Assembly: GCA_051941275.1 (NCBI GenBank)
Contig: JAVEBF010000048.1
Location: forward strand, 1-39,823
DNA from: Dirinaria sp. TL-2023a
Lineage: Eukaryota
DNA: 39,823 nucleotides
Direction of reading: 5' to 3'
The notes under the pieces were generated by a model. The model was not told where the DNA came from, made no database searches, and saw only the letters and a program-made list of their open reading frames with translations. Shown piece after piece: positions 21,901 to 35,148 of this stretch (the first letter of the stretch is position 1; the number at the start of each line of letters is the position of its first letter). Both the position numbers and the translations under genes were made by a program.

Positions 21901-24900
21901 TCTTCTATCCTTTTGACTGTCTCGGGATCCAGGTCTTGCGGTGGAAGGATCAATGTCGCATCGCCAGAGTGCACACCTGCATTCTCGACATGCTCAGAAA
22001 CGAAATGGCCCACCATTGTCCCGTTTAGAGCAACAGCGTCCATTTCGATCTCTTTGGCATTTTCGATGTACTTGGTGATCACCACAGGATGTTCCCGCGA
22101 GACGGCTGCAGCCTGCTGAAGATAGTTGGCAAGGTCATTCTCCGAATAGACAGTGTTCATTGCTGCGCCAGACAATACATAGGACGGTCGGACGAGCACA
22201 GGGTAGGTAACTTTGCCGCAGAACTCCTTCGCCTCTTCAAAGCTTGTCAATTCTTTCCACGCAGGTTGGTCCACATCGATACCATCCAGCATACGAGAAA
22301 ACTTATAGCGGTCCTCCGCCATATCGATCATTTCGGGAGACGTGCCGAGCACTCTGACATTGGCTCTCGACAGCGGCAAGGCGATATTGTTTGGGGTTTG
22401 GCCTCCCATCGATATGATGACTCCACTAGATGTTTCGAGTTCGTATATGTCGAGTACCGTTTCGAGACTGATTGTCTCAAAATACAGTCTGTCGGCTTCG
22501 TCATAATCGGTGCTCACGGTCTCGGGGTTGTAATTAACCATCACCGTCTTATAGCCTTGATCCCTTAATGTACGGATGCCTCTCACAGAGCACCAGTCGA
22601 ACTCGACCGAGGATCCAATACGATACACACCAGAACCAAGGACCATGACGCCATGATCATCGAAAGACACGTCGTTCTCGTAGCCATTGTACGTCAAATA
22701 GAGATAATTGGTGTAAGCTGGGAACTCGGCGGCAACAGTATCGATCTGCTTTACATAAGGGGTAATGGAATGCTCCATACGCAACCGGCGGACGGCGCGC
22801 TCATTGGAATTCCAGAACTTGGCCAATTGACGATCCGAGAATCCCATCTGCTTTGCCTGTAGAATCATTTCTGGCGGCGCGTTCGCTACTTTGTACTGAC
22901 TTATACGGTTTGCAAAGTCACTCAGGCCTCGAAGCTTTCGCAGAAACCACTTGTCAATTTTCGTCATCTCCCATATCTTATCCACGGTGTACCCAGAGTG
23001 CATCGCGTTCGCGATTGCAAATAAGCGTTGATCTGAGGGCGTCTGCAATTCGTGGTCTATGGACATAAGAGCCTCAGTAGCATTAAAGCCCAGATTGTGG
23101 AAATCAATAGATCGTATCGCCTTCTGTATTGCTTCCTCGAAGGTCCTGCCAATACTCATGACCTCTCCCACGCTCTTCATTGACGAATTCAACTCCGTCT
23201 TTACCCTGGTGAATTTTTTCAAGTCCCAGCGCGGGATCTTGACCACGACATAGTCAAGGGAGGGTTCGAAGCATGCACATGTAACCTTGGTCACCGAGTT
23301 GGATATTTCATTGAGCGGTATACCGAGCCCAAGCTTGGCGGCGACGAACGCTAATGGGTACCCGGTAGCCTTCGATGCGAGTGCTGACGAACGCGACAAG
23401 CGTGCGTTGACCTCGATGATACAATAGTCTCTAGAATCTGGGTTGAGTGCGTATTGAATATTGCATTCCCCCACTACGCCCAGATGGCGGATGACATTGA
23501 CAGCCGTAGTCCGCAACATATTGTAATCCTCGTCGGAAAGTGTTTGCGAAGGCGCTACTACAATGGAGTCGCCAGTATGGATTCCCAGTGGATCAAAGTT
23601 TTCCATGTTACAAACTGTGATGCAGTTGTCTCTTGCATCTCTGACGACCTCGTATTCGATCTCTTTCCAGCCTTTCATGCTCTTCTCAATTAGAACTTGC
23701 GGGCTTGCAGCAAACGCCTTATCACATAGATCGATCAGCTGTGCCTCGTTTTCTGCAAAGCCGCTGCCCAGACCTCCCAGTGCGTAAGCAGCGCGAATGA
23801 TGACTGGGAAACCGATGCTTTTTACAGCTTCTTTCGCCTCCGCAGTTGAGCTCGCTGACGCTGACTTAGCGCACTTTTCGCCAATAGACTCCATGCTACG
23901 AGCGAAGAGCTCTCGATCTTCTGTGGTGATAATCGTATCAATTGGGGTGCCGAGCACCTGCACACCCAAAGCTTTAAACTCGTCTTTCAATTGTATACCA
24001 ACTTGAAGTGCTGTCTGACCGCCGAATGTCACGTATATAGCATCAGGCCTTTCGTAATTGATAATTTTTCGGACAGAGTCAGCTGTCACAGGGAGGAAAT
24101 AGACCTTGTCAGCCAAGCCTTTTGAGGTTTGAATGGTCGCAATATTAGGGTTTATTAGAACCGTGTAGATGCCTTCTTGTTTCAAGGCCTTGATGGCTTG
24201 GCTTCCTGAATAATCGAACTCTCCAGCTTGACCGATACTCAGCCCACCACTCCCGAGGATCAGGACTTTGCGAGCGGCGACTCTCGGATGAAGTTTCTTG
24301 TTGTCCTCAACGTTGCCACCTGGGAAGCTTACAGCACTGAGCAGTGCCTTGGGCGACACCACACAGTTCTGCATGGTCTTGATGAATATATCAAAAAGGA
24401 ACTCAGTATCGCGAGGGCCAGGCGTGCTCTCAGGGTGGAATTGAACACTAAAGTAAGGACGAGCTTTATGTCTTATCCCTTCGTTGCTGCCATCATTCGC
24501 ATTGACAAACAACTCTTCCCATTCAGTGGGAAGACTGGTGGCGTCTACTGCGTATCCGTGGTTCTGAGATGTAATATAACATCGACCAGAAGCCGAGTGA
24601 GTGCATGGGATGTTGTGACCTCGGTTGCCAAATTTCATTTTCAAAGTTCTCGCTCCAGCTGCCTGAGCTAACAGCTGATGACCCAGACAGATGGCAAATA
24701 TAGGCACGCGGCCTTCTTCCATGGCTACTGCAATGTTTCTCACAGTGGTCGTAAGCATCGCAGGATCTCCGGGGCCATTGGAAATGAACAGTCCATCATA
24801 GTCCTTGCCTGCGAGACGATGGAAGTCGTAATCCCACGGTACTACCAGAACCTCGAGTCCTCGTGATGCCAAGCATCGGATCTGGTTATATTTGAGACCT

Positions 24901-25705
24901 ACATCAACACATAGGACGCGCAATGGCCGACCCGAAGGGTGCTTCAGTGCAACATCTTTTGGCGGACTGTAGTAGAATGGCTCGCGAATGGACACTGCGA
25001 CCCGACGTCAGATATTCCATGCATCATAGATAGTGTTTTCTTACCACTAGCAACAAGATTTTGCTTGTTGGGGTCAGTCCAGTCCACGTGCTCAAATCTC
25101 CCCTTGATTGCCTTGGATGAGCCTCCCTTTGCAACTGCAGGCGTTTTACAATCCCCATTCGTCACACCATTTGCTACATTTGTTTTCTCGATCAGCATTC
25201 TGCCAAGCATACTGCCTTTCTCTCGAATCCTTTTCGTCAACGCACGGGTGTCGACCCCGTACATGGCGGGCACTTGCTGCTCCTTGAGCCATGTTCCCAG
25301 CGAAGACGTCGCAAGATGGTGCGAATAGTCCTCGCCAGAATACGAAGCGACAACCAATCCGGCGATGTGGATCCGAGCCGATTCAAAATGCGCTGGTAGG
25401 CCTTGGACGGTTTGATCCGGTGTTGCCCTCGATGGCACACCATAATTACCGATCAAAGGGTACGTCACCACCAGAATTTGGCCTTCATACGATGGGTCGG
25501 TAATGGATTCGGGATAACCTACCATACCCGTCTGGAAGACCAATTCGCCAGAAACATTCTTGTCCGATGCACCAAAACTATAACCTTGATGATAACTGCC
25601 ATCCTCCAATTCCAGCAGCATCGCTGGCGCAATGGTCGTATAATTCATATCGCCATTCATCGTGTTGATTGAATGGTCAGTTAATGTTCGGAGAGATGTG
25701 TTCAT
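18906..25705 (-). CDS. URA2: Multifunctional pyrimidine biosynthesis protein URA2/PyrABCN (glutaminase + CPSase + inactive DHOase-like domain + ATCase), 2 exons, ~2249 aa
   Basis: Exons 25705-25045 and 24994-18906, with a 50-nt intron GTAAGA..CTGAC..CAG. Motifs: [21 protein letters not shown] and QFHPE (GATase); [17 protein letters not shown] and GSSVEFDW (CPSase); LPGLINVAA (DHO-like, lacking the HxH metal ligands, as usual in fungi); STRT, HPTQ and HPLPR (ATCase). The start could alternatively be the Met at 25660. Confidence 0.97.
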
Positions 25706-26459
25706 TTATCTTCACCGTGTTCGGGTGTCTATCCCGTAGATGCTTCTGCCAACATGCTCCAGGTAGACTGTACAGCAGAACAACAAATTGTCATCGTATC
25801 AGCAAAAGCATTATGCAAAGAAAGGAAGAAAGGATGTCACCAATTCTCAGAGAAAATATTGAATTCAAAGAGTGAAAAGCCAAACGGTGTGCGCTAGGAA
25901 ACACATGCATAACACGGTACCTGATTCAGTGAAAAAATGTGTTGGATTCGACGCCTCGACGCGTGCAAGACTGGCCAATCGGACCCTGCCGATCAGGGTC
26001 CTCATTCGCGGTGCCCCTCGGGCCTGTTCGGGGTTGCCGCGGGGTTACAGATCACCCTTGATGCCCAAAGTACAGTAATATGGAAGGGAAGCACTGGAGT
26101 GATGGACTTTCGCACTCGTCACAATAAGGTATTCAAAGCTCGCAAAGACACATACCTTATCCGTGTTGTTCCAAGGGACAGTCAGCGAGTAACACATCAA
26201 TCTTTGCGGGCCTCCATCACCCGGACCCCACATATGCCTTTGGGTGGTCAATGGTCATCACTGACAGCACGTCATCTTGGGAGATGGGGTACAGCAAATA
26301 ATTTGCATCATACACTAACCGTATGAGTCCGCAGTCGCAATTATGGTACTTCTCCTCCTGCAGGTACTCTGCATCTAGGTCTTTAATCTGCTTGGTGGGG
26401 CTGTACTTGCTCGCTCGCTGTTTGCTACCATGCATGAGGTTACGTTTCGTCCAAACTTC

Positions 26460-29400
26460 TCATATGGCAGTCCCGATAGTGTCGAAGGAAGCCTCGCCAC
26501 CGTCTCCCTTGGTTCCACAATCGCAGCCATATTGCATGCGATACTGGTATGGCGCGATGCCTTCGAGTTGCTTCAGCGCCTCTTGGCTCGCTTTCACCTT
26601 GGCATTCTTTCCAGAACTCGCCTCTCCGTCCGCAATGATCTGGTCGTGAATCATAACAACAGCGACATTGCGAGCAAAGCCGCCGTCGAATGCGGGGATC
26701 TCATTCGCCATGAGGCGATAATTGGTACAACCGAAGGACAACGTCAGGAGGTTGTGAAGATGAGTCTGTAAGGCGCTCGTCAGGATGCCTCCTACGTGAG
26801 AGCAGAGTGGTATAGCGCGCTTAGATGCACTTACCGTGGGATGGTTATTGGCAAAGGTGTCGTAGACGTTCATGTCTTCGAAGAACCAGCGGACATGCTC
26901 CTCGAAGAACCGCTCCACCTGGCCGTAATCGTATTCCGAATCGACAAACAGCGCTCCAACGTAGGATTCGATCACATCAGAGAGAGACTGCAGGTCGTGA
27001 GAAGCAATCTCGACACGTAGAAGACTCGCGCTTACCTTCGGGGGATTTTTGGTCAAGGTCCAATAATCGGGAGCACCGTTGGACTCTTTCTCCGCGTCAT
27101 TGGCCTCAGCTACGAATTCGCGGACCTGAACCTCGATCACTGCGCCACCGCATCTCAAGTGCTTGTGAAACCCTAGCTTGACGGCCAATGCTGCGAGGAA
27201 TTTATTGGAGACCATTGCCATCTGCTTTCGTTAGCTTTACGACTTCATTCAGACGTTTGAGGCCTACTTTGTGCTCAGTAAGCCACTGAGGGTCTCGATC
27301 AGGATGACGATGGAAGAGAAAATTGATGCAGGCCATGTCAAGTAGCGCGTCTCCCAAAAACTCCAAGCGTTGGTAGGAAGGAATCTTCTCGTACATGGAG
27401 GGATAAGATGGGTGCATAAATGCAGACCTCAACAATCGCGGATATCGGAATCTGTAATTGTGTTCTTTGGCTACTTTGGCAGCGAGATCGAGCTGCGACG
27501 CCGTCGCCGCAGCCAATTGCCAACTAGGCTTTGTATAAAGCGGATAGTATTCAGCCCAGGTGGTGACATCATGATCGCTCTTGGAGACCAGAGATGAGAC
27601 TGCCGTAACTGCCATGTCCATATTACCTGCATCTCTGTATGACAGCAAAGCTCCTCCAATCATTGCTTCACAAACGTCAGCGATGGTCTTGTCGCCAAGT
27701 CGGTGCTTTTGCACTTCCGTGCCGGTTTTCTTGTGCCCCTTCCCCTCGAGAAGCTTGATACCCTCAGGATACCATGTGCGCCTGTTGATGTCAGTGATGC
27801 ATGAACTTCCTCGAGAGCGAAACGTACCTAGAAAAGCCTTGAGTACGGATATATTCGTAGAGCTTCTTGTTCAGAGCTACGCTGAACAGGTTCTTGTTAC
27901 AGATCATCTCCATCCTTCGAACATGATACTCGAACTCATCGTTCTCCGGACACTTAGAAAACAGTGATATTGATGTTGCCATTTTGAGAAAACAATCGCC
28001 GATGAATTCTAGTCGCTCGTAGTTTTTGCCCATGCCTCGCTGGACGTGGATCTGCTCGCTACGGTGTTCTTCTGTGTTGTCCGAATCTTTCGTCATGGCT
28101 TCTAGGGCCAGATCTGGCCGAACCGTGATGCCAATTAAGTCGCAAGCTTCCAGAGCAATTAGGTATGACTCAATCCTTGTTAGGATAGCCGAAAACAGAT
28201 AGCCCATGGAGGCGACAGAGATTGGAAGCTGCTATGATTAGTCAAAATTGCTTGAGGTATATCTTCAACTTACCGTGGAGATCTTCAGCGGCTCTGGGCA
28301 TACATAGGCTGTGGTCTTGACAGCCGTTTCTTTCTCCGTATAATCATCAAGCCAGTTAAGCCGATGAAGTATTCTCTCAGCCAGGATTACAGGCTGCTCG
28401 TCATTCCAGGTAGCCTTTGCTCGAGATTTCGAGAACAAGCTAACACTATAGTCAAGTATGCTGTTCATGTATTTGTGGGATGCAGCATCTGCCGGAACAG
28501 GATCGAGTGGCTTCAGGCCCGGCATCACCGCGACAGAGAAAAATCGCCTGCCTCCGTCCCATCTGTCCACCAGGTATCGATTTGCTAGCTCGGAGTTTAG
28601 GGTCTTTGGCGTCCACTTCAAGTCGGAATCATTGTCGTGTTCGTGAACGAAATCAAGCGTTGGCCAATCAATGAGCATTTCCGGTGTTTCGTTGTCCTTA
28701 TGGAACAATTGACGGTTGAGTAATGGAGCGATCCAGTAGGACATGTCCGGAATGTTATCTTCAAACTTCTTGTTGAAGATGTCCTTATAAATGCACAAAG
28801 TGAAGTCATTAAGCTTCCTAAGTAATAAATCTGTCATTGGGAGGCTTTTCGCGATCGAAGTACAGGTAACATAAGATTGCTTGTCAATCTTCAGGTACAG
28901 CAGTATTGGCGGAAAGTCTGGCATTGGCGTGCGCGTTAATAATGCCAGCGGTTGGGAGGGCCGGCCAAGGTTCTCTGGCAGCTCCAATTGAAGCACGGTC
29001 ATGAACAGCTCATTTGGAGTCGTGCCACGAGTGTGCTCCCAAATACTCGGCTTAGTCTTCATTGCGTACATATCAGTCTTATTCATGTTGAGGGCAAGGT
29101 GGGCGTTCCGCATCGCTGGTAGGTATTTTTTGATCGTAGGCATCAAATTACTGTCCAAATGGTTGCCCTGCCGTAGGAGTAGGCACATTTCGAATGCAGC
29201 CGACCTCTTTGCTATGGCTTTCTTGCTCGATGGCTTCCCAATTGCAGAACGGATAGGAGAACCTTCTGGTAGCATGACTTCGCAGACATAGCGTTTGCTC
29301 TCCGCTGTCATGAGATATGAGGGTTGCAATGTAACATCTTCATGATGTGGCTGAGTATTATCAGCTCATATTTCCCATCATGCATGAAGGATCACTTACT

Positions 29401-31572
29401 AAACAAGTAACGAAATGTTGAAGTATGACCAAAGCCGAAGTGTAAGTCAATCTAGCACCTGTTTCTGGATCGGTATATCGCCTCATTGATTTCTCCTTTG
29501 CCAAAACAGTGTCAAGGTTATAGTCATCGCCCTGAAGTAACCTATCTGCTGGTAAAGCCTCGCAAAATCGTCGCATAACGCCTTCTCCTTGACGTACGTC
29601 ATGGATGGCTTGTAGGTCTATTTTGTTGCCTGACTCGATGAAATGAACGTAGGTTGAATTTCTGTGACGCGCGCGACCTCTGCTTTGAATGTACTGAATG
29701 AGAGTATCGTATAAGTCGAATCTAAAGACTTTGTTACAGTCAGGAATATCCAAGCCTTCTTCGGCAATGGATGTGGCGAAAAGGCAGTTGATTTCCCCAT
29801 TCCTGAATTTTTGAAGCGTGAGGACCTGCTCTCGAAAGCTGATTTTGACATCACCTGCGTCGCCATATCTAGTGCCAATAAGCAGGCCGAGGCGGAGGTG
29901 AGGACTGCCAATTCGAGCAAAAAGCTTTGTGAGAACTCTTGCAGTGTATCTTCTTCGGACAAAGACGATGGATTTGGACGTATCAGACCGTTCATACTCC
30001 AAATCAAGATATCTTTTGAGCAAAAGCACTTTAGGGCTTATGCTGTTACCAACAGATGATGGCGGCGGAAATTGCCATCCTTTGATGAACTCCTGCGCCT
30101 GTCGAATGCGTTGTATGTCGGCATCAAATTGTTCAACTGGGCGAGGCTCCCGCTCGGCTGACCATAGCCGCTCAGTCGTCCGTTCGATCTTGCGCGCTTG
30201 CTCGTCTTCTAAGGCCAGCTCCCAGATATGGTCAGCACACCACTCGCCAAGCTGGGACGTAGCGTGGTGCGATTTCGCAATGGTTCGCTTCGTAGCTTCT
30301 AAGTCCCCGAATAGAATTTTCAGCTGAGCACAGAGTGGTGTAGTGTAGGGAGCTTCTAGGCGTGCATAGGGCGCGAGAGCCTCCTGCGGGCGACTGACTG
30401 ACATTCGAAGTAAGGAAAGATCCGCGGTGGTGGCTATTTGGCAATGCAGTATTGCTTCGAGCTCCCTAGGCCGTTGTTACCGATTGACAAAGCCTCTTGC
30501 CTGAAAGACTTACTTCGCTGCTTCGACGACATCTTGCCGCGCATCAACCGGAGACGCGGTCATACCAAAGACTTTAGGTCGCTTGCTGATATTGTTTTCG
30601 GCAATATAGAAGTCCTTGATGATTCTATGTCGAGATTAGTAATTGCTACGGAAGATAGAAGATGCAATCAAACCGGGCATAAGCATGGTTCTTCTTTGCA
30701 TGATGTGCCTCGTCAAAGATAAGGAGGTTGATCTGGTCAAGAGCTATGAAGGAATGCATTAGACACTGGTAGAGGATTTCTGCCGTGCAAACAATGACCA
30801 TATTTTCTCGGAAGTGCTTCTCCCAGGTCCCTTTATCCCACAAATCGCACCCCATCTCGCCACAGAACCGCTCAATTTTGTGGTCCAGGTTGCACTCTAG
30901 CACTGCGAATTGCTGAAAGACTAGCGTAACAGAATCAACGAGGAAGAAGGAGATTCTCGGCTTCTTGCCAATCAGGCGATCCTCGAGCTCCTGATCTAAC
31001 ATGTGTCGTAATAGCAGTACTGCTATCAATGTCTTGCCTGACCCTGTATCAAGCACCGCAATGATGTTCTGCTTCTTCGCCTTCTCAAACAATTCGACTT
31101 GATAGTCTCTCGGATCAGTTATGATGACATTTGGCTCTTGCTTGGCCATGAGTTGTCGTATAGTGAGCGTTTCTTCGTCGGCGTTCTGAATTTGTGTTTT
31201 GACTTGCTCTTTGGTTACCTTCTCAGCACGTTGTGACAGCCAGGACGAGAACTTCATATTCTGCGCTCTCCTGCGTTCGGATACTTTTGGCGTCCCGGGT
31301 CCAGCGCCATTGTTCCAGTCACTGTCATCGCTATCGCTATCAGAAGACAGTTGAACGTCAAGGCCTCCAACATCTGCACTCGAAACATCTTCGTCACGGG
31401 ATTTGTTAGGAAGGAGGGTGGCATGATTGGCAAGCTCCATGCCTGGCTTGGTTTTTTGTTCTATGGACCCCGATAACGAAGCGTTTTGGAGATTTCTGGG
31501 CGTTAAAGGAACTTCTAATGGAGCGTCTTGAAAGGCTGGCCCCGTATCCTGGGACAGAAAGACTGCAGCCAT
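26460..31572 (-). CDS. dcl1: Dicer-like protein 1 (DEAH helicase, dimerisation domain, PAZ-like region, two RNase III domains, C-terminal dsRBD), 9 exons, ~1570 aa
   Basis: Exons 31572-30674, 30624-30514, 30465-29400, 29350-28274, 28228-27828, 27781-27268, 27221-27036, 26987-26835 and 26765-26460 sum to 4713 nt. Motifs: [33 protein letters not shown] and QRLEFLGD. The C-terminal C..H..CxC zinc motif is typical of the fungal Dcr1/Dcl1 clade. Confidence 0.95.
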
Positions 31573-32249
31573 GTTCCTTAGGGTAACATGGGCTTGGTAG
31601 ACATATTTATGTCTTGAGTTGAGTTTGCGGAATGAAGCATGAACTAAAAGTGGAATGGATCAGAAGCGAAGAGTGTAGAATCCATCTACACTTCAAAGAA
31701 TCTAAAGAACGAAAAGAAGGCACGGTGACAAGCTCTCACTGGAATCAAGAGACTGATGACTAAGGACTATGAGCTTTCAAGACTTTGGCGGATCACAGTT
31801 ATCAAGTGTTGGCGTAAGTATTCATTTATCACCTGTGGTATTGGAGCAGAGGAAAGTGACATGATGGGGTTGGGGAAGGTTTGGTAGTAGAATAGCCGGT
31901 TTGGCTGTGATGTACGACAGCTGCACGCAAACAATTCGGGTGAATCTGTAGGCAGTGAAACCCGAGCGCGGAAGTGATCCGGCTCTGGTGCTGTTGTCTT
32001 GATGATGATGAAGGCATTTAAGGGGAACCCCAAGGGTCACTCTTCTTGTAGATTAGACCAATAAGTAGATACTGCGCTATATAAGATTTAATATCCAGGG
32101 TCTTCGGCAACGCGTTCCAGACAGACCGGTCTGGACTCTTGCGGAGAAACATAACAATGATCTAGTCGGAGCTTCTTCCGCAACAATAACGTTCAAATCT
32201 GTGCTACCTTCCAAACCTCGACAAAAGACGTATATTAATATTCTAAGCA

Positions 32250-33443
32250 ATGAACCCGAACCCACCAGATGCAGAATATAGCATTCGGAGTCTTTTCAGT
32301 GCTGCCAAAGCCCAACGCAAAAATCTAAGCTCCTACTCCGACTCGACGACCTCCGCGTATCAGGAGAACCTCCAAGCCGCCATCTCGTCCCTCGAAGAAT
32401 GCCGCCGGCTCGCGCGACAGATCTCGCTGTTCAGCTCGAACGAGTCCGAAGATGATATTGCATCGGCAGATCTCCAGTAGACGCCAATTCTCGTAACGGC
32501 CTGCGTTTTCCGGCTCGTTGGCTGACAAAGTGTGCCAGATATCTGCTCGTGGACTATTATCTGGGAGAACTGGTCATCAAAGACAGCGTGTCGAGTCGCA
32601 AAGGCGTGTTGCAGAGCGCAAGGGAAGCGTATGAGCGGTACCTGCGGCTTCTGGACAGTTATGGCATGCTTTCGAAGAACGACAAGAAGCTATATGAACA
32701 GTATCTCGAGAACAAGGACGAGTTCACGCTGATGCCCGCCGCCGACCTTACATCGCGTCGAGACACGAAGATTGCACGGTTGAAGCAGGAGAAGGAGCTG
32801 GAGCTGAAGCTCGAGGTACTCCTTTTAATTTCCATAGTCCCGATGATCTCTTCTGACAGTGCCACGAAAGTATCTCTCCCAGGTACCTAAAACTCTTGAC
32901 GCAGACGAGTCTGTGCTGCGCGAGGTTTACAACGCCGACATCCAGCTTTGCGCGCATCGCACATTTCACGCTCTCGATATAATTGCCCAGGAGGTCAAGA
33001 TCCTGGCGCTGATGCCACCCACTCCTGCTTCCGAAGCACCAAATCCTCTGAACTCTCAAGACCAGCCACGTGCGGACGGTGATGGGTATTCAGAGCGGCT
33101 CGACCGTCCAGACACTCTCAAAAATGGCAAAGCGGGGCCTTTACTCAACAAGGAGGGGAAACCATTAAAACCTTTCATTCTGCTGGACAATCGGCAGCGA
33201 CTCCGTAGCGGCGTCTTCAAGCCCGACCACAGCCTGCCGACCATGACGATTGACGAGTACTTACAGGAAGAGAAGCGGAGAGGCGGGATTATAGAAGGCG
33301 CGGACAAGCAGAGTGGACAGTCTGCCCCGATTGATGAGGATGATTTGGAAAAGGCGGATCAAGAAACAATGAAGGCCAGGGAATGGGACGACTACAGAGA
33401 GGACCATCCGAGAGGGAGCGGCAACACGCTGAACATGGGATGA
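32250..33443 (+). CDS. TAP42: TAP42/alpha4-like PP2A-associated TOR signalling regulator, 3 exons, ~358 aa
   Basis: Exons 32250-32476, 32539-32815 and 32871-33443 (an alternative in-frame acceptor lies at 32882). Motifs: SLFSSNE..DDI, RRDTKIAR, LPTMTIDEYL and KAREWDDY.E..PRGSGNTLNMG. Confidence 0.92.
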
Positions 33444-33595
33444 GTGAGATACCAATGCCGGCAACTATATCGTTAAAATCTTGAATCTATAGGACCTGAA
33501 CGGGAAATGGCCATCTTTCAGAGGCTATGCCCGATGCGAAAAAGCCCGCGCTGTTATGCTTTGTAGTCGTCTTCCAGAATCTCATTTATGTTCAC

Positions 33596-34450
33596 TCAAG
33601 TATCCCTGCCCAACCTCTCCTCACCATCTTCAACTAATTCATACGCAGGTCTATATTTATCTTCTCCCTGTACCTTCAACGCGGGATTAGGATGCGTGTC
33701 CTTCGTGCCCCCTAAACTTGTGTATCCCAGATTATACAGATCGCAGTACTCCACACCCAAATGCCTTAAGAAAGCCCACACCTCCGCATAGTGCCAATCG
33801 ATCACCGGGTGCACGCGCATGAATTTCGGCCAGCCTCTGTCGGTTTCGTCGAATGCCGTTAGATTCCCGCCGTGAGGGTCGGTGCGCCGGGTGCCGACGA
33901 AAATGGCTTTGATGTGGGGGTTGTCGGCCAGGTAGTCTGCGAACGCAAGGCGCATGGACGGGTTCTGGTAGCGTTGGAGGGAAAGATGGTAGTGCATCGA
34001 AGAGCTGGCCACGAAGGCATCGACGGAGGCGAACGGATGGAGCGGGGGGATGTAAATCGCAGGGAGCCGGGGCGGGAGCTCGGGGTGGTTGGAGAGGAGG
34101 GAGAGGTAGAGGATGAGAAGGACAAGGCAATCTTTGCCGCCGTTGTAGGAGAGGGCGAGAGAAGACAGTCTGTTCGCGACCGATGATAAGCTCCACAGCC
34201 TGAACATTGCGGTTATCTCGTACTCATAGTTGTCCAAGGCGTCTTGAACGACGCCGAGACTGTGGCGGGTTTGGTTTTGAACCGCCTTCAACCTTTCCGT
34301 CTTGACGTCTTCCAGTAGAAATGCGTTGACTTGGTCGTGAAGCTTCGAGCACAGTTTCCGGAACGCGGAGCTGTCGCCATTCGAGGCATCGGCATCTAGC
34401 TGCTTGCTAGAGAGCTGCTCATCCGTATGCCGGAGTCCAGACTCCGTCAT
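33596..34450 (-). CDS. FAD1: FAD synthetase (FMN adenylyltransferase, PAPS-reductase fold), 2 exons, ~266 aa
   Basis: Motifs: SYNGGKDC, GTRRTDPHG, TD.GWP.FMRVHP..DW.Y..VW.FL, GYTSLG and ERLGR. The listed 284-aa ORF includes a probable in-frame 54-nt intron at 34223-34170. Confidence 0.92.
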   Translation of the reverse strand: MTESGLRHTDEQLSSKQLDADASNGDSSAFRKLCSKLHDQVNAFLLEDVKTERLKAVQNQTRHSLGVVQDALDNYEYEITAMFRLWSLSSVANRLSSLALSYNGGKDCLVLLILYLSLLSNHPELPPRLPAIYIPPLHPFASVDAFVASSSMHYHLSLQRYQNPSMRLAFADYLADNPHIKAIFVGTRRTDPHGGNLTAFDETDRGWPKFMRVHPVIDWHYAEVWAFLRHLGVEYCDLYNLGYTSLGGTKDTHPNPALKVQGEDKYRPAYELVEDGEERLGRDT

Positions 34451-35148
34451 TGCGGTAGGGATACGTTATTGTCCGTCACTTGAGCTCTGGCTGGGCATTA
34501 TGTGAAGCAACAGTAACATGCTCGCAAGGACAAAGCTGATGCGACCTCGGGGCTCCTTTTGCCAGCCTGTGGCTACTGGTAAGATGATGGCTCAGCTCGT
34601 CCTGTAATGAGGGGCGGTGGTGGCACGCTCGGAGAAACCTCGGGCCTCTCAACGGTGTCCCGAGGTCCGATTCAACACTCATGTTACTCCTGAGGCTTCA
34701 ATTCAGTGATATACGTTCTTACGCTGACAGGCAATCTTTCCATTCTGCTTTTGATCACTTGAAACTATCTTCCGTAGGCTTTGCAACTGGCGGCATGTTC
34801 TTAATCAATTGAGGTCATTGTAGTATTACGACCAATCCGCACTCATGTAGCTCAACACCATAGGATAAGCCTGCGGTGATTGGATCTGGTGCAATCCGCA
34901 ACAATTCATTTTGTATGTAACGGAAAATGAGATGAGAGAACCGCCATGTACATGTATTGGGTATGAGGTTGTGTAGCAACGATCTGACCTGCGGAGAAAT
35001 CTAGAGCACCACATAGCTCTCGGAAAATGCCGAAATGCTCTGACGCAAATGGTTGAGCGCCCTGAGCGCTGAGAAACTCCTATCCAGCTGGCCCCCGTTC
35101 ATGCATAACTCCTGTATTTTGGCCGATTGGATTCCCCTAAAAGCTTCT

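Noticed and set aside
13398..31572. Functional link between the foldback (a potential hairpin dsRNA source) and the nearby Dicer gene
   Set aside because: Dicer acts in trans and is separated from the repeat by URA2. The arms are diverged and interrupted, and nothing in the sequence shows a transcript spanning both. Proximity alone is not evidence.
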